NCBI RefSeq assembly: GCF_000008565.1
Contig: NC_001263.1
Coordinates: 1,217,602 to 1,249,601, forward strand
Direction of reading: 5' to 3'
DNA: 32,000 nucleotides
Source: Deinococcus radiodurans R1 = ATCC 13939 = DSM 20539
GTDB lineage: Bacteria; Deinococcota; Deinococci; Deinococcales; Deinococcaceae
The translations under genes were made by a program, and so were the position numbers. This document shows, in pieces, positions 10,625-20,240 of this stretch. How positions within the stretch are numbered: the stretch's first letter is position 1; every line of letters starts with the position of its first letter. Below the pieces are notes generated by a model, which made no database searches, was not told the DNA's origin, and saw nothing but the letters and a program-made list of their open reading frames with translations.

Positions 10625-11434
10625 TCAGGAAGGGTCGGGGGCGGCGAGGTCGAGCACGAAGGGCGTTTTCAGCCCTGCCGCCGCCACCTCTCGGGCCACT
10701 GCCGGGGCAAAATTCAGCGCCAGCACCGCCTGATAGGTGCGTCGGGCGAGGTCGCGTTCGCCCAGGGCGTCGCGCACCTGCCCCAGTCGGGCGAGGACCA
10801 GCCCCGCCAGCGAACGCGGGTGCTCGGGTGGCAGCGCGTGGGCGGCGCGTTCAAGCCAGCCGCGAGCCGCTTCCAGCTCGCCGGAAGCGAAATAGAGGTT
10901 CGCCGTCGCCGCGTCGAGTTCGGCGCGGGGCGTCACCCGGTCGCCGGTTTCGCGCTCCAGCGCGGCGAGCAGGGCGGCGGGGTCGTCTTCCTCGTGCAGT
11001 TGCCAGGCGCGGTCGGCCAGGGCGCGGACACGGCTCGCCTCGCCGGGAACGAAGCCGAGCACTTCCAGCAGTGCGGCCCCCGGCAGTCGGTCGAGCAGCC
11101 CCGGCAGGTCGTCGAGCGGAGCGAGCAGGACGCCGGACAGCTCAGCGGCGAGCGCGGCCAGTTCGTCCAGTCGCCGGGCGTGCCAGCGGGTGCCGGGGCC
11201 TTCGTCGAGCGCGGCGGCAGTGGCGGCATGGTACTCGCGGGCGGCGCTCAGCAGGGGGCCGCCGAACACGTCGGCGGTGGTGAGCGGCTCTCCCAGGCGC
11301 GCGGCCAGTTCAGCTTCGGCTCGCGCGGCGTTTTGCAGGCGTTCGCGGCCCTGCGGGTACATGTTGAGGAAGGTGATGAGCTGCTCGTGCTCGGCGTCCG
11401 CCCAGCCCCAGTCGGGCAGCGGCAGCTCGCGCAC
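10625..11434 (-). CDS. hypothetical Ala/Leu-rich helical protein
   Basis: 269-aa ORF with high GC3, co-directional with and upstream of feoA. The only in-frame start after the upstream stop is GTG 11434. No family recognised. Confidence 0.6.
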   Translation of the reverse strand: MRELPLPDWGWADAEHEQLITFLNMYPQGRERLQNAARAEAELAARLGEPLTTADVFGGPLLSAAREYHAATAAALDEGPGTRWHARRLDELAALAAELSGVLLAPLDDLPGLLDRLPGAALLEVLGFVPGEASRVRALADRAWQLHEEDDPAALLAALERETGDRVTPRAELDAATANLYFASGELEAARGWLERAAHALPPEHPRSLAGLVLARLGQVRDALGERDLARRTYQAVLALNFAPAVAREVAAAGLKTPFVLDLAAPDPS

Positions 11435-11496
11435 GGTGACGCCAGCGGCACCCGAGCCGCTCGAAGTTCACCCGCCGGTGGAATAACGCCCGCCTG

Positions 11497-12195
11497 TCAG
11501 CCCCCGTAACTTTGCCGCAGTCGCCCCAGCCCCGCTCGCCAGCCGATGCGCTGCGGGGGCAGCTCGTCGAGTCTCACCGCCCGCAGGCTGCGCTCATGCA
11601 GGCCGCGTAGGAGCAGGTCGAGCAGTTCGGGCGTGACTGCCGGGCCGTCGTGCAGCAGGACGACGCTGCCGGGGCGCACACGGGCGAGGGTCTGCGCGGC
11701 GAGGTCGGCGGCGGGCGCGTCCGTCCAGTCGCGGCCCTCGGTGTCCCACAGGGCAATCTCATGTCCGGCGAGGCGCGCGAGCAGCCGGGTCAGCGGGCTG
11801 TGTCCGCCGTAGGGGGGGCGGTAGAGCGTCCCGCCGCCGGGGTGCCAGCGCACCTGCTCCCACTCCTGCCAGGGCGCGAGCAGCAGCGCGTGCCGGTGCC
11901 AGCGGCCATGCGACTCGAGCTGGTGTCCGGCGCCCCGCAGCGCCCGCAGCTCGGCGGGCAGAGCGCGGGCGTGCGACTCCAGCACGAAAAAAGTCGCCTG
12001 CGCATCATGCCGCGCCAGCACCGCCAGCAGCTCCGGCGTGCGCTCTGAAGGGCCATCGTCGAAGGTGAGCGCCACCCGGTCGGCGGCGGTCCCGGCGCCC
12101 AGGGCCCTAAACCCGGCGGCGCGGCCCAGCAGGTCGGCGAGGGTGACGGCGAGCAGGCCCGCGCCGAGGGCCCCGAGCAGCGCCCGGCGCTTCAC
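11497..12195 (-). CDS. polysaccharide deacetylase (NodB / CE4 domain)
   Basis: C-terminal 232 codons of ORF 11497..13089. GTG 12195 overlaps the MFS stop (GTGA). [17 protein letters not shown] is a signal or anchor. NodB motif VALTFDDGP, later ESHGRWH. The tracked N-terminal extension is Arg/Pro/Gly junk overlapping the MFS gene. Confidence 0.85.
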   Translation of the reverse strand: MKRRALLGALGAGLLAVTLADLLGRAAGFRALGAGTAADRVALTFDDGPSERTPELLAVLARHDAQATFFVLESHARALPAELRALRGAGHQLESHGRWHRHALLLAPWQEWEQVRWHPGGGTLYRPPYGGHSPLTRLLARLAGHEIALWDTEGRDWTDAPAADLAAQTLARVRPGSVVLLHDGPAVTPELLDLLLRGLHERSLRAVRLDELPPQRIGWRAGLGRLRQSYGG

Positions 12196-13478
12196 AGCTG
12201 TGGGGTCTCGGACGGCGGGGCGCTGGCGACTTCCGGGTCGAGCGGGCCGCCTGCCGGCGTATCGAACGCGCGCCGGAACAGCACGTAGCCGAGGGTGGCG
12301 AGCAGCGCGAGGCCGGAGCCCGCTATGAAGGGGCCGGGCACCCCCAGCGTGCGGTAGGCGAAGCCGCCGAGCAGCGGCCCCAGCGAGGTGCCCAGGTTTT
12401 CCACCGTCATCAGGGTGCCCCAGGCGGCGGGGCGCTGCGCTTCGGGCAGGCGCTGCGCGACCAGGGCGGCCCAGCCCGGCGCGATAAAGGCGTAGCCCAG
12501 CCCCGCCAGCATGGCAAGCGGATACAGCGCCCAGACGGCGGGCCGCAGCGCGATGCCGCCGAGCGCCAGCGCGAGACTGGCAAACCCCAGCGTGACCGTC
12601 AGGCGGGCGCGGCCCTGGTCGGCGAGCTTGCCGGTCAGAGGCATCGAACCGAAGGCCACCGCGCCGCCCAGCCCCAGCAGCGCCACCAGGCCCCAGTAGG
12701 TGAGCCCCAGCTCCTTGTAGAGCGTGAACATCAGCGGCCCGAGCAGCGTCATCGTCAGGGTCTGCAAAAAGGCCGCCGGAATCAGGGGCGCCAGGGCCTG
12801 CGCCGCCACCTTGACCCCCTGGCGCCGGTCGGTCGGGGCCGCCGGATTCTGGGTCGGGGCGGGCGCCGTCCGCAGCCGCTGAGGCAGCAGCAGGCTCAGC
12901 AGCAGCGACGCGGTGAGCAGCCCCAAGCACAGCCCGAACACGGCGCTGCGCGGGGCGTCGGCCAGGGCGCCCAGGGTCAGCACGCTCAGGCCGACAAATG
13001 GCATCACGCTCATGGACACGGCGGTCAGCACCCGGCCCTGGTGGGTGGGCTGGGCCGAGTCGGTGGTCAAGCTCATCACGGCGGGCCACAGCGGACTGAA
13101 CCCGATGCCGTGCAGCGCGGCGGCGAGCAGCAGCACCCAGCCGGTGTGGGTCACGCTCATCAGAACCAGGGCGAGCAGACTCAGCGCCGCGCCCGCGAGC
13201 ACCACCGGACGCAGCCCGAAGCGCAGCAGCGCCGCGCCCGCTGGGCCGCGCATGGCGGTGTCGGCAATGAAGTGCGCGGTAAAGGCCGAGGCGCCGAACA
13301 CCACCGCGTCGGCCTTGGGCAGGCCCAGCAACTTGCTCGCCGCCTGCGGCAGATACCCGGCATACAGCCCACTGCGCACGAACTCGGCGCAGGAGAGCAG
13401 CAAGACCCCGGCAAGCACCCGCCGCAACGTGCCGGGACGCAGCGGCACCCGCGCCCGCAGGCCAGCGGCCCCGGTCAT
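12192..13478 (-). CDS. MFS transporter
   Basis: 428-aa ORF with about 12 hydrophobic segments and a typical MFS layout. Confidence 0.85.
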   Translation of the reverse strand: MTGAAGLRARVPLRPGTLRRVLAGVLLLSCAEFVRSGLYAGYLPQAASKLLGLPKADAVVFGASAFTAHFIADTAMRGPAGAALLRFGLRPVVLAGAALSLLALVLMSVTHTGWVLLLAAALHGIGFSPLWPAVMSLTTDSAQPTHQGRVLTAVSMSVMPFVGLSVLTLGALADAPRSAVFGLCLGLLTASLLLSLLLPQRLRTAPAPTQNPAAPTDRRQGVKVAAQALAPLIPAAFLQTLTMTLLGPLMFTLYKELGLTYWGLVALLGLGGAVAFGSMPLTGKLADQGRARLTVTLGFASLALALGGIALRPAVWALYPLAMLAGLGYAFIAPGWAALVAQRLPEAQRPAAWGTLMTVENLGTSLGPLLGGFAYRTLGVPGPFIAGSGLALLATLGYVLFRRAFDTPAGGPLDPEVASAPPSETPQL

Positions 13479-13543
13479 GCGCGGCCCCCCGGTGTCCAGG
13501 CCTGTGTGACGCTGCTCACCTTGTGGCCTGCTACCCTGGGCCG

Positions 13544-14074
13544 GTGCCAGAGTTTTCGGTCATCATTCCCGCCCGCAATGAAGCGGCGTATCTGCCGGGA
13601 ACCCTCAGGGCACTGGAGCGTCAGACCCTGGCGCCCGCCGAGGTGATCGTGGTGGACAACGCCAGCCGCGACCAGACCGCCCAGATCGCGCGCTCGTGGG
13701 GCGCCCAGGTGCTGAGTTGCCCCGAGGGCGGCGTGGCCCGCGCCCGGCAACTGGGGTTGGACACGGCGCGCAGCAGTTGGGTGGCGACCACCGACGCCGA
13801 CTCGCTGCCGGCCCCCGGCTGGCTGGCGGCCTACGCGCAGGCGGCGCTGCTCGCCGGGGGCTACCCCGAGGTCGAGGCCTACGAGGACGTGATTCTGGGG
13901 CAGAACCTGGCCCGGCTGGGCGAGATCGGCTACGTGCCGCGTGCCCTGGTCGAAACGAGTGCCCGGCGTCTGGACCGGGGGGTGGGACCTTTCCTGATTC
14001 AACATCTGCGCAACCTCACCGGCCATACACGGGGTTATTTCGGGGACGACCGGCTGCCTCCGCCGGAGCACTGA
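13544..14074 (+). CDS. family 2 glycosyltransferase, unusually short
   Basis: ORF 13523..14074. GTG 13544 is preferred (TACCCT 6 nt upstream). [31 protein letters not shown] (DxD), and a C-terminal EDVILGQNL...TSARR. Confidence 0.75.
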   Translation: MPEFSVIIPARNEAAYLPGTLRALERQTLAPAEVIVVDNASRDQTAQIARSWGAQVLSCPEGGVARARQLGLDTARSSWVATTDADSLPAPGWLAAYAQAALLAGGYPEVEAYEDVILGQNLARLGEIGYVPRALVETSARRLDRGVGPFLIQHLRNLTGHTRGYFGDDRLPPPEH

Positions 14075-15224
14075 GTCCGTCCGCCCTGGGGTCATCCGGC
14101 GACTCTGGCGGCAGGCCCAGCGTGCGGGCATACACCGCCAGCACCTGCCGCGCCACTCCGGCGGGCGTGGTGCGGCCTCCGAACTCGCGGGCCTGGCGGG
14201 AAAAGCGGGCGTACTGCTCGGGCGATTCCAGCAGCTCGCGGGCGCGGCGCACGAGTTCGGGCACGTCGCCGGGCGCCGTCAGATACCCGCTGTAGCCGCT
14301 TTGCACGCCGGTCAGGGTGCCGCGCGCGCCCACCGCGACCACCGGCACGCCCATCAACTGCGCTTCTTGCAGCACTAAGCCCTGGGTTTCGGTGTCGGAG
14401 GCGAAGACGAACAGCTCGGCGAGGCGGTAGTACGCCCCGATTTCGGTCCAGGGCCGCACGCCCACGAAGGTGACGTGCTCCGCGACGCCGAGCCGCTGGG
14501 CATGGTCTTCGAGGTGGGTGCGTTCCGGGCCTTCTCCCAGAATGACCAGGTGGGCACCGGGCAGATCCGCGAGCGTGTCGAGCACGAGGTCGAAGCGCTT
14601 TTCGCGGGCGAGGCGCCCCACCGTCAGCAGCCGGCGCGTGCCGGGCGGCCAGGGGCTGGCGATGGGCGGCGCGGCTTCGAGCACCGCCGGGTCGATGCTG
14701 GTCGGAATGACCACCGCGTCGGTGATGCCCGCCTGCCGCAGCGTGTCGAGCGTGCCGGCGGTGGGCGTAATCACGGCGTCGGCCTCGCCGTAGAGCCGCC
14801 CGACGACTTTGGGCATGAAATGCACCGCGCGGTTGAGCTGCGTCATGCCCGGCACGTAGTGGGTGTAAGCCTCCAGGTGGGTGTGATAGGTCGCCACGTG
14901 CGGCACCCCCCACTTGCGCGCCAGCCGCGCTCCGGCGAGGCCCAGGGTGAGCGGCGTATGGGTGTGAATCAGGTCGTAGCGCTGCTCGAATGACCGCCGG
15001 CCCGGCCAGGCGAGGCGGTAGGTCGGCAGCAGCGGGTAGCGCACGCTCGCCACCCGGCGCACGTCGGGGCGGCGGTCGAGATGCTCCGGAAAGCGCGGGG
15101 CGACCACGTCCACCTGATGCCCCAGGGCGCGCAGTTCGTCGCTCAGCAAACAGACGCTGGTCACGATGCCGTTCTGGTCGGGGAGAAAAGTGTCGGTAAA
15201 CAGGCCGATTCTCAGAGGGTTCAT
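14016..15224 (-). CDS. family 4 (GT-B) glycosyltransferase, diacylglycerol-glycosyltransferase-like
   Basis: 402-aa ORF. N-terminus [24 protein letters not shown]; C-terminal EX7E region [25 protein letters not shown]. The last 59 nt overlap the convergent GT2 gene. Confidence 0.9.
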   Translation of the reverse strand: MNPLRIGLFTDTFLPDQNGIVTSVCLLSDELRALGHQVDVVAPRFPEHLDRRPDVRRVASVRYPLLPTYRLAWPGRRSFEQRYDLIHTHTPLTLGLAGARLARKWGVPHVATYHTHLEAYTHYVPGMTQLNRAVHFMPKVVGRLYGEADAVITPTAGTLDTLRQAGITDAVVIPTSIDPAVLEAAPPIASPWPPGTRRLLTVGRLAREKRFDLVLDTLADLPGAHLVILGEGPERTHLEDHAQRLGVAEHVTFVGVRPWTEIGAYYRLAELFVFASDTETQGLVLQEAQLMGVPVVAVGARGTLTGVQSGYSGYLTAPGDVPELVRRARELLESPEQYARFSRQAREFGGRTTPAGVARQVLAVYARTLGLPPESPDDPRADGLSAPAEAAGRPRNNPVYGR

Positions 15225-15337
15225 AACGCCTTGCCCCGGACCCGGAAAGAGGAAACCTGAAGCATCTGCCCAGGAGCATACGCCGAAAGAACATGAGACG
15301 GCGGCGGGGCCCGCCGGGGTGCTTTAGAGTCGGGGCC

Positions 15338-16384
15338 ATGAGCCGTTTTGCCGGGCCGCCGCATGAGCATGAGCCACTGCACGGGAGGCCCGCCCATGCC
15401 GGGGCCCTCTGGTCGCCGCTGCTGCGCGCGGGCGCGTTCGGAGCGCTGCGCGGTGGGCATCCAGGCCACCCGGCGCTCGGCGTGACGGTGCCGGTGCAGG
15501 GCGCCGCTGAACTGGGACGCGCCCTCGACCTGCTGGCAGAAGCGGGCCTCCGCGTCACCCTGCTGTGTCCACCCTTGCTCGCGACTGAGGCGTCGGAGTT
15601 GCTGTGGGCCGCGACCCGTGCCGGACACGAAATCGCGGGCGACGGGCCGGTGCGCGACGTGGCATTGTTGCAGGCCGTCGCCGGGCAGCGGGTCACGGCG
15701 TGGCGGCTACCTCCGGCAGCCCAGTCCGGCGCGGCGCTGCGGGAACTCGCGGCCTGGGGGGTTCACCCGCTGCCCCCCGCGCTGGGCGCCTCCGAACCGG
15801 GCGGCACAGTAGAAGTTACCCCCGCCGCTCTGCCGGCCCAGGCAAGAGATTGGCGCGCGCGCGGCTACCGCCTGCTGCCGGTGCGCGAGCTGCCGGGATT
15901 GCGGGAAGCGACCCCCGCCGACCTTGCCCAGCACGTTTATCTGCGGCTGGTCGAGGACCGCTTTACCGCGCAGAGCCACGTCATTGACCTCACCGGGCGG
16001 GCGGACGGGGTGATGCGAATCGCCCCGCTCGACCATGCGCCGCCGCCGCTGCCAGTCCCGCGAGATACGCCTACCGCCGAGCTGCACCTGCATTCGCCCC
16101 GCGTCGTGGGGCTCGCCGCCCGCAGTCCGCTGACCGCCTACCGCGCCTACGCCCGCAGCTGGGCCGACGTGGCCCACGCCCTGCAAACCCGTCCCGAACT
16201 GGCCGACGCGCAGGTCATTTTCGGCGTGTCGCTTTTTTTCGGGCCAATGGAAAAGGCGGGCTTTACCCTGGTTGAGCTGCCGCCCCTGCAAGCCCGCTGG
16301 TATGGCCTGGGCTTCCGGCTGCTGCGGCTCGCTACGGCACCGCCCGCCCGCCCAGCGAGGGGCTGCCGAAGATGGCCTGGATGA
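15338..16384 (+). CDS. hypothetical protein: degenerate deacetylase-like N-domain plus YkoP-like C-domain; probable frameshift near 16330 with the real stop at 16435-16437
   Basis: ATG 15338 inside ORF 15293..16384 (TAGAGT 7 nt upstream). From about 16330 the adjacent frame has much higher GC3 and reads YGTARPPSEGLPKMAWMTREAFLARHGKAGKKGN*. Confidence 0.6.
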   Translation: MSRFAGPPHEHEPLHGRPAHAGALWSPLLRAGAFGALRGGHPGHPALGVTVPVQGAAELGRALDLLAEAGLRVTLLCPPLLATEASELLWAATRAGHEIAGDGPVRDVALLQAVAGQRVTAWRLPPAAQSGAALRELAAWGVHPLPPALGASEPGGTVEVTPAALPAQARDWRARGYRLLPVRELPGLREATPADLAQHVYLRLVEDRFTAQSHVIDLTGRADGVMRIAPLDHAPPPLPVPRDTPTAELHLHSPRVVGLAARSPLTAYRAYARSWADVAHALQTRPELADAQVIFGVSLFFGPMEKAGFTLVELPPLQARWYGLGFRLLRLATAPPARPARGCRRWPG

Positions 16385-16440
16385 CTCGCGAGGCGTTTCT
16401 GGCGCGGCACGGCAAGGCGGGAAAAAAAGGGAATTGAGGC

Positions 16441-19341
16441 TCAGCCCGGCAGCTCGAACACCAGCGTCGTGCCCCGGCCCGGCGCGCTGTCCACCGTGAG
16501 CTGCCCGCCGGCAAGCGCCACCCTCTCGCGCAGACCGAGCAGACCGAGGTGCCCGGCCTGGGCCCGCGCTTCGGCCTGCTCTGGGGTAAAGCCCTGGCCG
16601 TCGTCGCTGACCCGCAGGCTGACGCCGCTCTCGCCGAAGGTGATGCGGAGTGCGGCACTCGCGGCGTGGGCGTGTTTGTCCACGTTGCTCAGGGCTTCCT
16701 GTGCGAGTCGGAACACCGTGAGTTCGGCGGCGGGCGACAGGCGCCGCTCGGGGCCGCTGACCTCCAGTCGGGCGGCGGTCTGTGCCTGCGATGCCAGCCA
16801 TTCCAGCGCCGGCAGCAGCCCGAGGTCGTCGAGCACTGAGGGCCGCAGATTGCGGGCGAAGCGCCGCACACTTTCGATGGCGGTGTCGAGGTCGGCGCGG
16901 ATGTCGTCGGCGCGCTCCCGCTGCGGGCCGTCGAGGTCGCGGGCGAGCCGGGCGACGCGCCGGGCGGTGGCGATCAACACCTGCGCCGTGTCGTCGTGCA
17001 GCTCACGGCTGATGCGCCGCCGCTCCTCTTCCTGCGCCTGGGTAAAGAGGGCGAGGTAACTGCGCAGCTCGCTCTGACGGCTGGTCGCGGCTTCGAGCGC
17101 CTGCCCGCGTCGGGCGATTTCGTCGGCCAGCGTCTGCAACTCGGAGAGGTCACGCGCCACCAGCAGCACGCCTCCGGCCCCCAGACCGCCCGGTCCGCTG
17201 CCCTGCACCGCGCTCAGCCGCACTTCCAGCCGGTAGCCCGCCACTGTGATTTCGGCACGGCCCCCGGCGGGATGGGCGAGCGCCATGTCCCAGGCAAGGT
17301 GCAGCGCCTCGCGGGTGGCGGGCGTCGGCAGCGCGAGCAGCGGCGCGCCGGTCAGCGGGCCGGTCAGCGGTTCGAGCAAGCGGCAGGCGGCGGGGTTGGC
17401 GTAGGTGACGTTCCCAGCGGCGTCCGCACTCAGAATGAGGTCGTGGGCACCCTCGGCGAGCTGGCGGTAACGGGCCTCCTCGCGCCTGAGCGCCGTGAGC
17501 AGCCGCTCGCGGGTCAGCGTGAGTGCGAGTTGGTCGGCCACCGAGCGCGCCAGCCCCAGCACCCGGTCGCCCGGCAATTCGGTGCCGGGGTCGTCGGCGT
17601 AGAGGAAGCCCAGCACCTCGCTGCCGTCTTCGCCGCCGATCAAGGGCACGATCACGGCACTCCCCGCCGTCGGCAGGCACACCCGGCGGGTCAGAGGGCG
17701 CGGCCCCCGGCCCAATTGCCCGGCGAGGTGCGCGAGGTCTTCGGGAGAGGGGGCGTGCAGGTTGTAGGTGGCGCGGCGCGGCGGCCCGTCCTCGCTGGCC
17801 AGGACGAGCAGCCCGCGCCCGGCGCCGAGGGCGAGGGTCACCAGCCGCACAGTCTCGGCCAGGGCCTGTTGCCTCTGAACGGGGTCGCTCTGGTCCTCCC
17901 CGAGCAGTTGCCCGACGCCCAGCAGGACGGCGGCTTCGCGCTCGCGGCGCAGTTCTTCTTCGTAGAGCCGGGCGTTTTCGATGGCCAGAGCTCGCCTGCG
18001 CGGCGAACACGCTGGCGAGGGCGAGTTCGTCGGCGTCGAGCGGCAACTCGGCGTGCCAGTACAGGGTCAGCACCCCGAACAGCCCCCCGCGCGTGAGCAG
18101 CGGCAACCCCAGCACGCCCCGGTAGGGGTACTCGCCCCGCGCCAGCAGGCCGCGCGTGTAGCGGCTGCCTCCGCCCCAGCCCTCGCGCGGCAGGTCGCGG
18201 GCGGCAATGGCCTCGCGCTGGGCGGCGACCTGTCCGGTGACGCCCGCCCCGATTTTGGCGCGCACCCGCAGCACGTACTCACTGCTCAGCCCCAGAGCCG
18301 AGGTGATGTTGAGGGTGCGTCCGTCGGGCTGCTGCTCGTAGACGGCAGCGGCGTCGGCCTGAAAGAGGGCCTGTGCTCCCTCTAGCACCCGCAGCAGCGT
18401 GTCGGACAGGTGCAGGCTGCCCGCCAGCACGGCGCCGGCCTCGCGCAGCGCCTCGGCGGCCTCGCGCTTGCGGGTCTCGATGGCGTAGAGCCGGGCGTTG
18501 TCAATCGCCAGACTCGCCTGCTCGGCGAGTGCGAGCACGAGTTGCGCGTCGTCGTCGCTCGCGGCGCTGCCGGGGCGCCGGGTGTCCACGTACAGCAGCC
18601 CCAGCGGGTGCCCGCGCGCACTGAGCGGGGCGATGACGGCGGCTTCGGGACTGAGTTCGCGGAGGCTGCGGGCCAGCAACGTGTGCTCGTCGCGCGCCCG
18701 CTCGAAACGGATGGTCTCGCCGCGCCGCACCAGTTTCTCGAAGGTGATCGGCCCCACCCCGATGCCGCCGGTGAATGGCCCGTCGAAGCCAAAGGTGAAG
18801 ATCTCGCCGGTGCGTGCCTGGCTCTCGTTGTATTCGCTGAACAGCCCGACGAAGGCCCGCTCGAACCCCAGTGCCTGCGCCGCCGTTTCCGCCGTGCCGC
18901 GCAGGACGACCCCGAGGTCGAGGCTGCCCGCCAGCCGCCGCACCAGGTTTTCGACCGTCTCGGCCATCCGGCCCCGGCCCCGCCGCGCTTCCCGGGCCTG
19001 CACCCCTTCGAGGGCCAGCCCCAGCAGCGGCGCGAGGGCGAGCAACTGCGCCTGTCCCTCCTCACTCGCGCCGACGAGTTCCAGCACCCCGCAGCCGAAG
19101 GGCAGGGCGCTGAGCATGCCCCCGGTTTGCGGCTGCCGCCGGACAGTGCCTTTTGTGCCAGCGAGCCGTCGCTCAGGGCCAGCCCCCGGCCTTCGCAGGC
19201 GACCTCGTGCAGCGCGCCGGCACTGGCGACCCACACCCGCGTGCCGTGGGCGCCGGTCTGCTCGCAGGCGTAGGCGGCCAGCAGCGCCCCGAACGCGGGA
19301 ACGGTGCTCGCCTGGGCCAGAGCGGGGGGCAGGGCGACCAT
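16441..19341 (-). pseudogene. multi-GAF / PAS / HisKA_3 / HATPase sensor histidine kinase, reading frame interrupted twice (true pseudogene or sequence errors)
   Basis: Segment A 19341 to ~19135 (frame of ORF 18382..19545). Segment B ~19135 to 17990 (frame of ORF 17150..19234). Segment C 17988 to 16441 (frame of ORF 16441..17850, open upstream). GAF-end motif [12 protein letters not shown] lies in B and QAS|LAIENARLY spans the B/C junction. H-box [14 protein letters not shown]-box [11 protein letters not shown]-boxes DDGQGF and GLLGLRERV. Confidence 0.8.
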
Positions 19342-19384
19342 CAAAATCGGGCCCGAGTCTAGCAGCGGGCCACAGGCGAAAGGC

Positions 19385-20140
19385 TCAGTCGGACTCGCCC
19401 AGCACGTCCGTTTCCCAGAGCAGGTCGCGCCAGACCCACCCGCAGCCCGGAAAGCGCAGGCCCGCTTCGAGCTCGGCGAGTAGGTAAGCCCGCGTGGCGC
19501 CAGTGGAGGTGAGGGCGGCAAGTTCACCCAGGTCGCGCTGCCCATCGATCAGCTGCGCGAGCGGGTGCCCCGTCAGGCGCGGCGCGTTCACGTCCAGCCG
19601 CAGCCCGAACCAGGCGAATTGTCCGCTGGGCCGGGCCTGCCCGCCGAGAACGGCCTGCGCGAGTGTTTCTGCGAGGGCAATGAGCGATTGGTTGCTCTGG
19701 GGCAGGGCGGCGCGCACGCTGCGGCCCTCGGCGGCCTGAAACCCCGGCAAGGGCGCCTGCCAGCGGCGGCTAGGGCTGCCGATCACGGCGCAGATGCGCT
19801 GCCATTCGTCGCTGACCCGCGCCCACTCGGCCACGAGCTGCGCATAGGGCAGCAGAGGCGTGCCGCCCTGGGGTCGCACCACGAATTCGAACTCGCCCGC
19901 CTGCGGGTCCGGCGGGCAACTCAGCAACGCGTCGAGGCCCAGCCAGTCGAGCACAGCGCCGCTGACGATCTCGCCACGCACCAGCGATAACTGAAAAGGA
20001 AGAACATGCCGCCCGGTGACCGCCGCCTGTACGCGCAGCACCCCGGTCTGCCGGGTGCCGTGCAGGAGGTCGAGCAGGTCGGGAAGTTGCAGGTCCTGAA
20101 GTTGTCCCCGCAGGGGCGCGGTAGTGGTCACGGAGGCCAT
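19385..20140 (-). CDS. DUF4388 (PatA-N-like) domain protein
   Basis: ATG 20140 inside ORF 19385..20167. LRGQLQDLQLPDLLDLLHGTRQTGVLRV fits the DUF4388 N-terminal signature as I remember it. The promoter geometry below favours GTG 20131 as the true, leaderless start. Confidence 0.7.
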   Translation of the reverse strand: MASVTTTAPLRGQLQDLQLPDLLDLLHGTRQTGVLRVQAAVTGRHVLPFQLSLVRGEIVSGAVLDWLGLDALLSCPPDPQAGEFEFVVRPQGGTPLLPYAQLVAEWARVSDEWQRICAVIGSPSRRWQAPLPGFQAAEGRSVRAALPQSNQSLIALAETLAQAVLGGQARPSGQFAWFGLRLDVNAPRLTGHPLAQLIDGQRDLGELAALTSTGATRAYLLAELEAGLRFPGCGWVWRDLLWETDVLGESD

Positions 20141-20167
20141 TGTAGGCTCAGGAGGTCCGCAGCCCAA
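20139..20167 (-). promoter_or_regulatory. sigma70-type promoter TTGGGC-N17-TACAAT for the DUF4388 gene
   Basis: Reverse strand: TTGGGC (20167-20162), a 17-nt spacer, TACAAT (20144-20139), then 7 nt to GTG 20131. Confidence 0.35.
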
Positions 20168-20240
20168 TAGACAATTTGTAGGCAGCGGCCCCTGTCCGGG
20201 GGCTTCCCGTGGCGGTCATTTGTCTTCACAATTGGCCTCT

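Noticed and set aside
12196-13089. N-terminal 298-codon extension of the deacetylase ORF (tracked as 11497..13089)
   Set aside because: The extension is Arg/Pro/Gly/Ala-rich and overlaps the MFS gene out of frame. A GTG at 12195 overlapping the MFS stop gives a sensible signal or anchor sequence.
14092-15696. 534-aa ORF on the - strand overlapping the GT4 gene in another frame
   Set aside because: The translation is Arg/Ala/Pro junk. The GT4 frame carries the family motifs and the high GC3.
17983-17992. Programmed ribosomal frameshifting as the explanation for the kinase frame changes
   Set aside because: Neither junction has a slippery X-XXY-YYZ heptamer or an obvious downstream structure. 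Two sites of opposite sign 1.15 kb apart fit indels better.
20168-20226. Imperfect repeats CCAATAGACAATTTG / CAAATGACC...CACAATTGG in the divergent pilin/DUF4388 spacer, considered as an operator
   Set aside because: The arms share only short AGACAA/CCAAT pieces and have no clean dyad. The A/T content is adequately explained by the two promoters.
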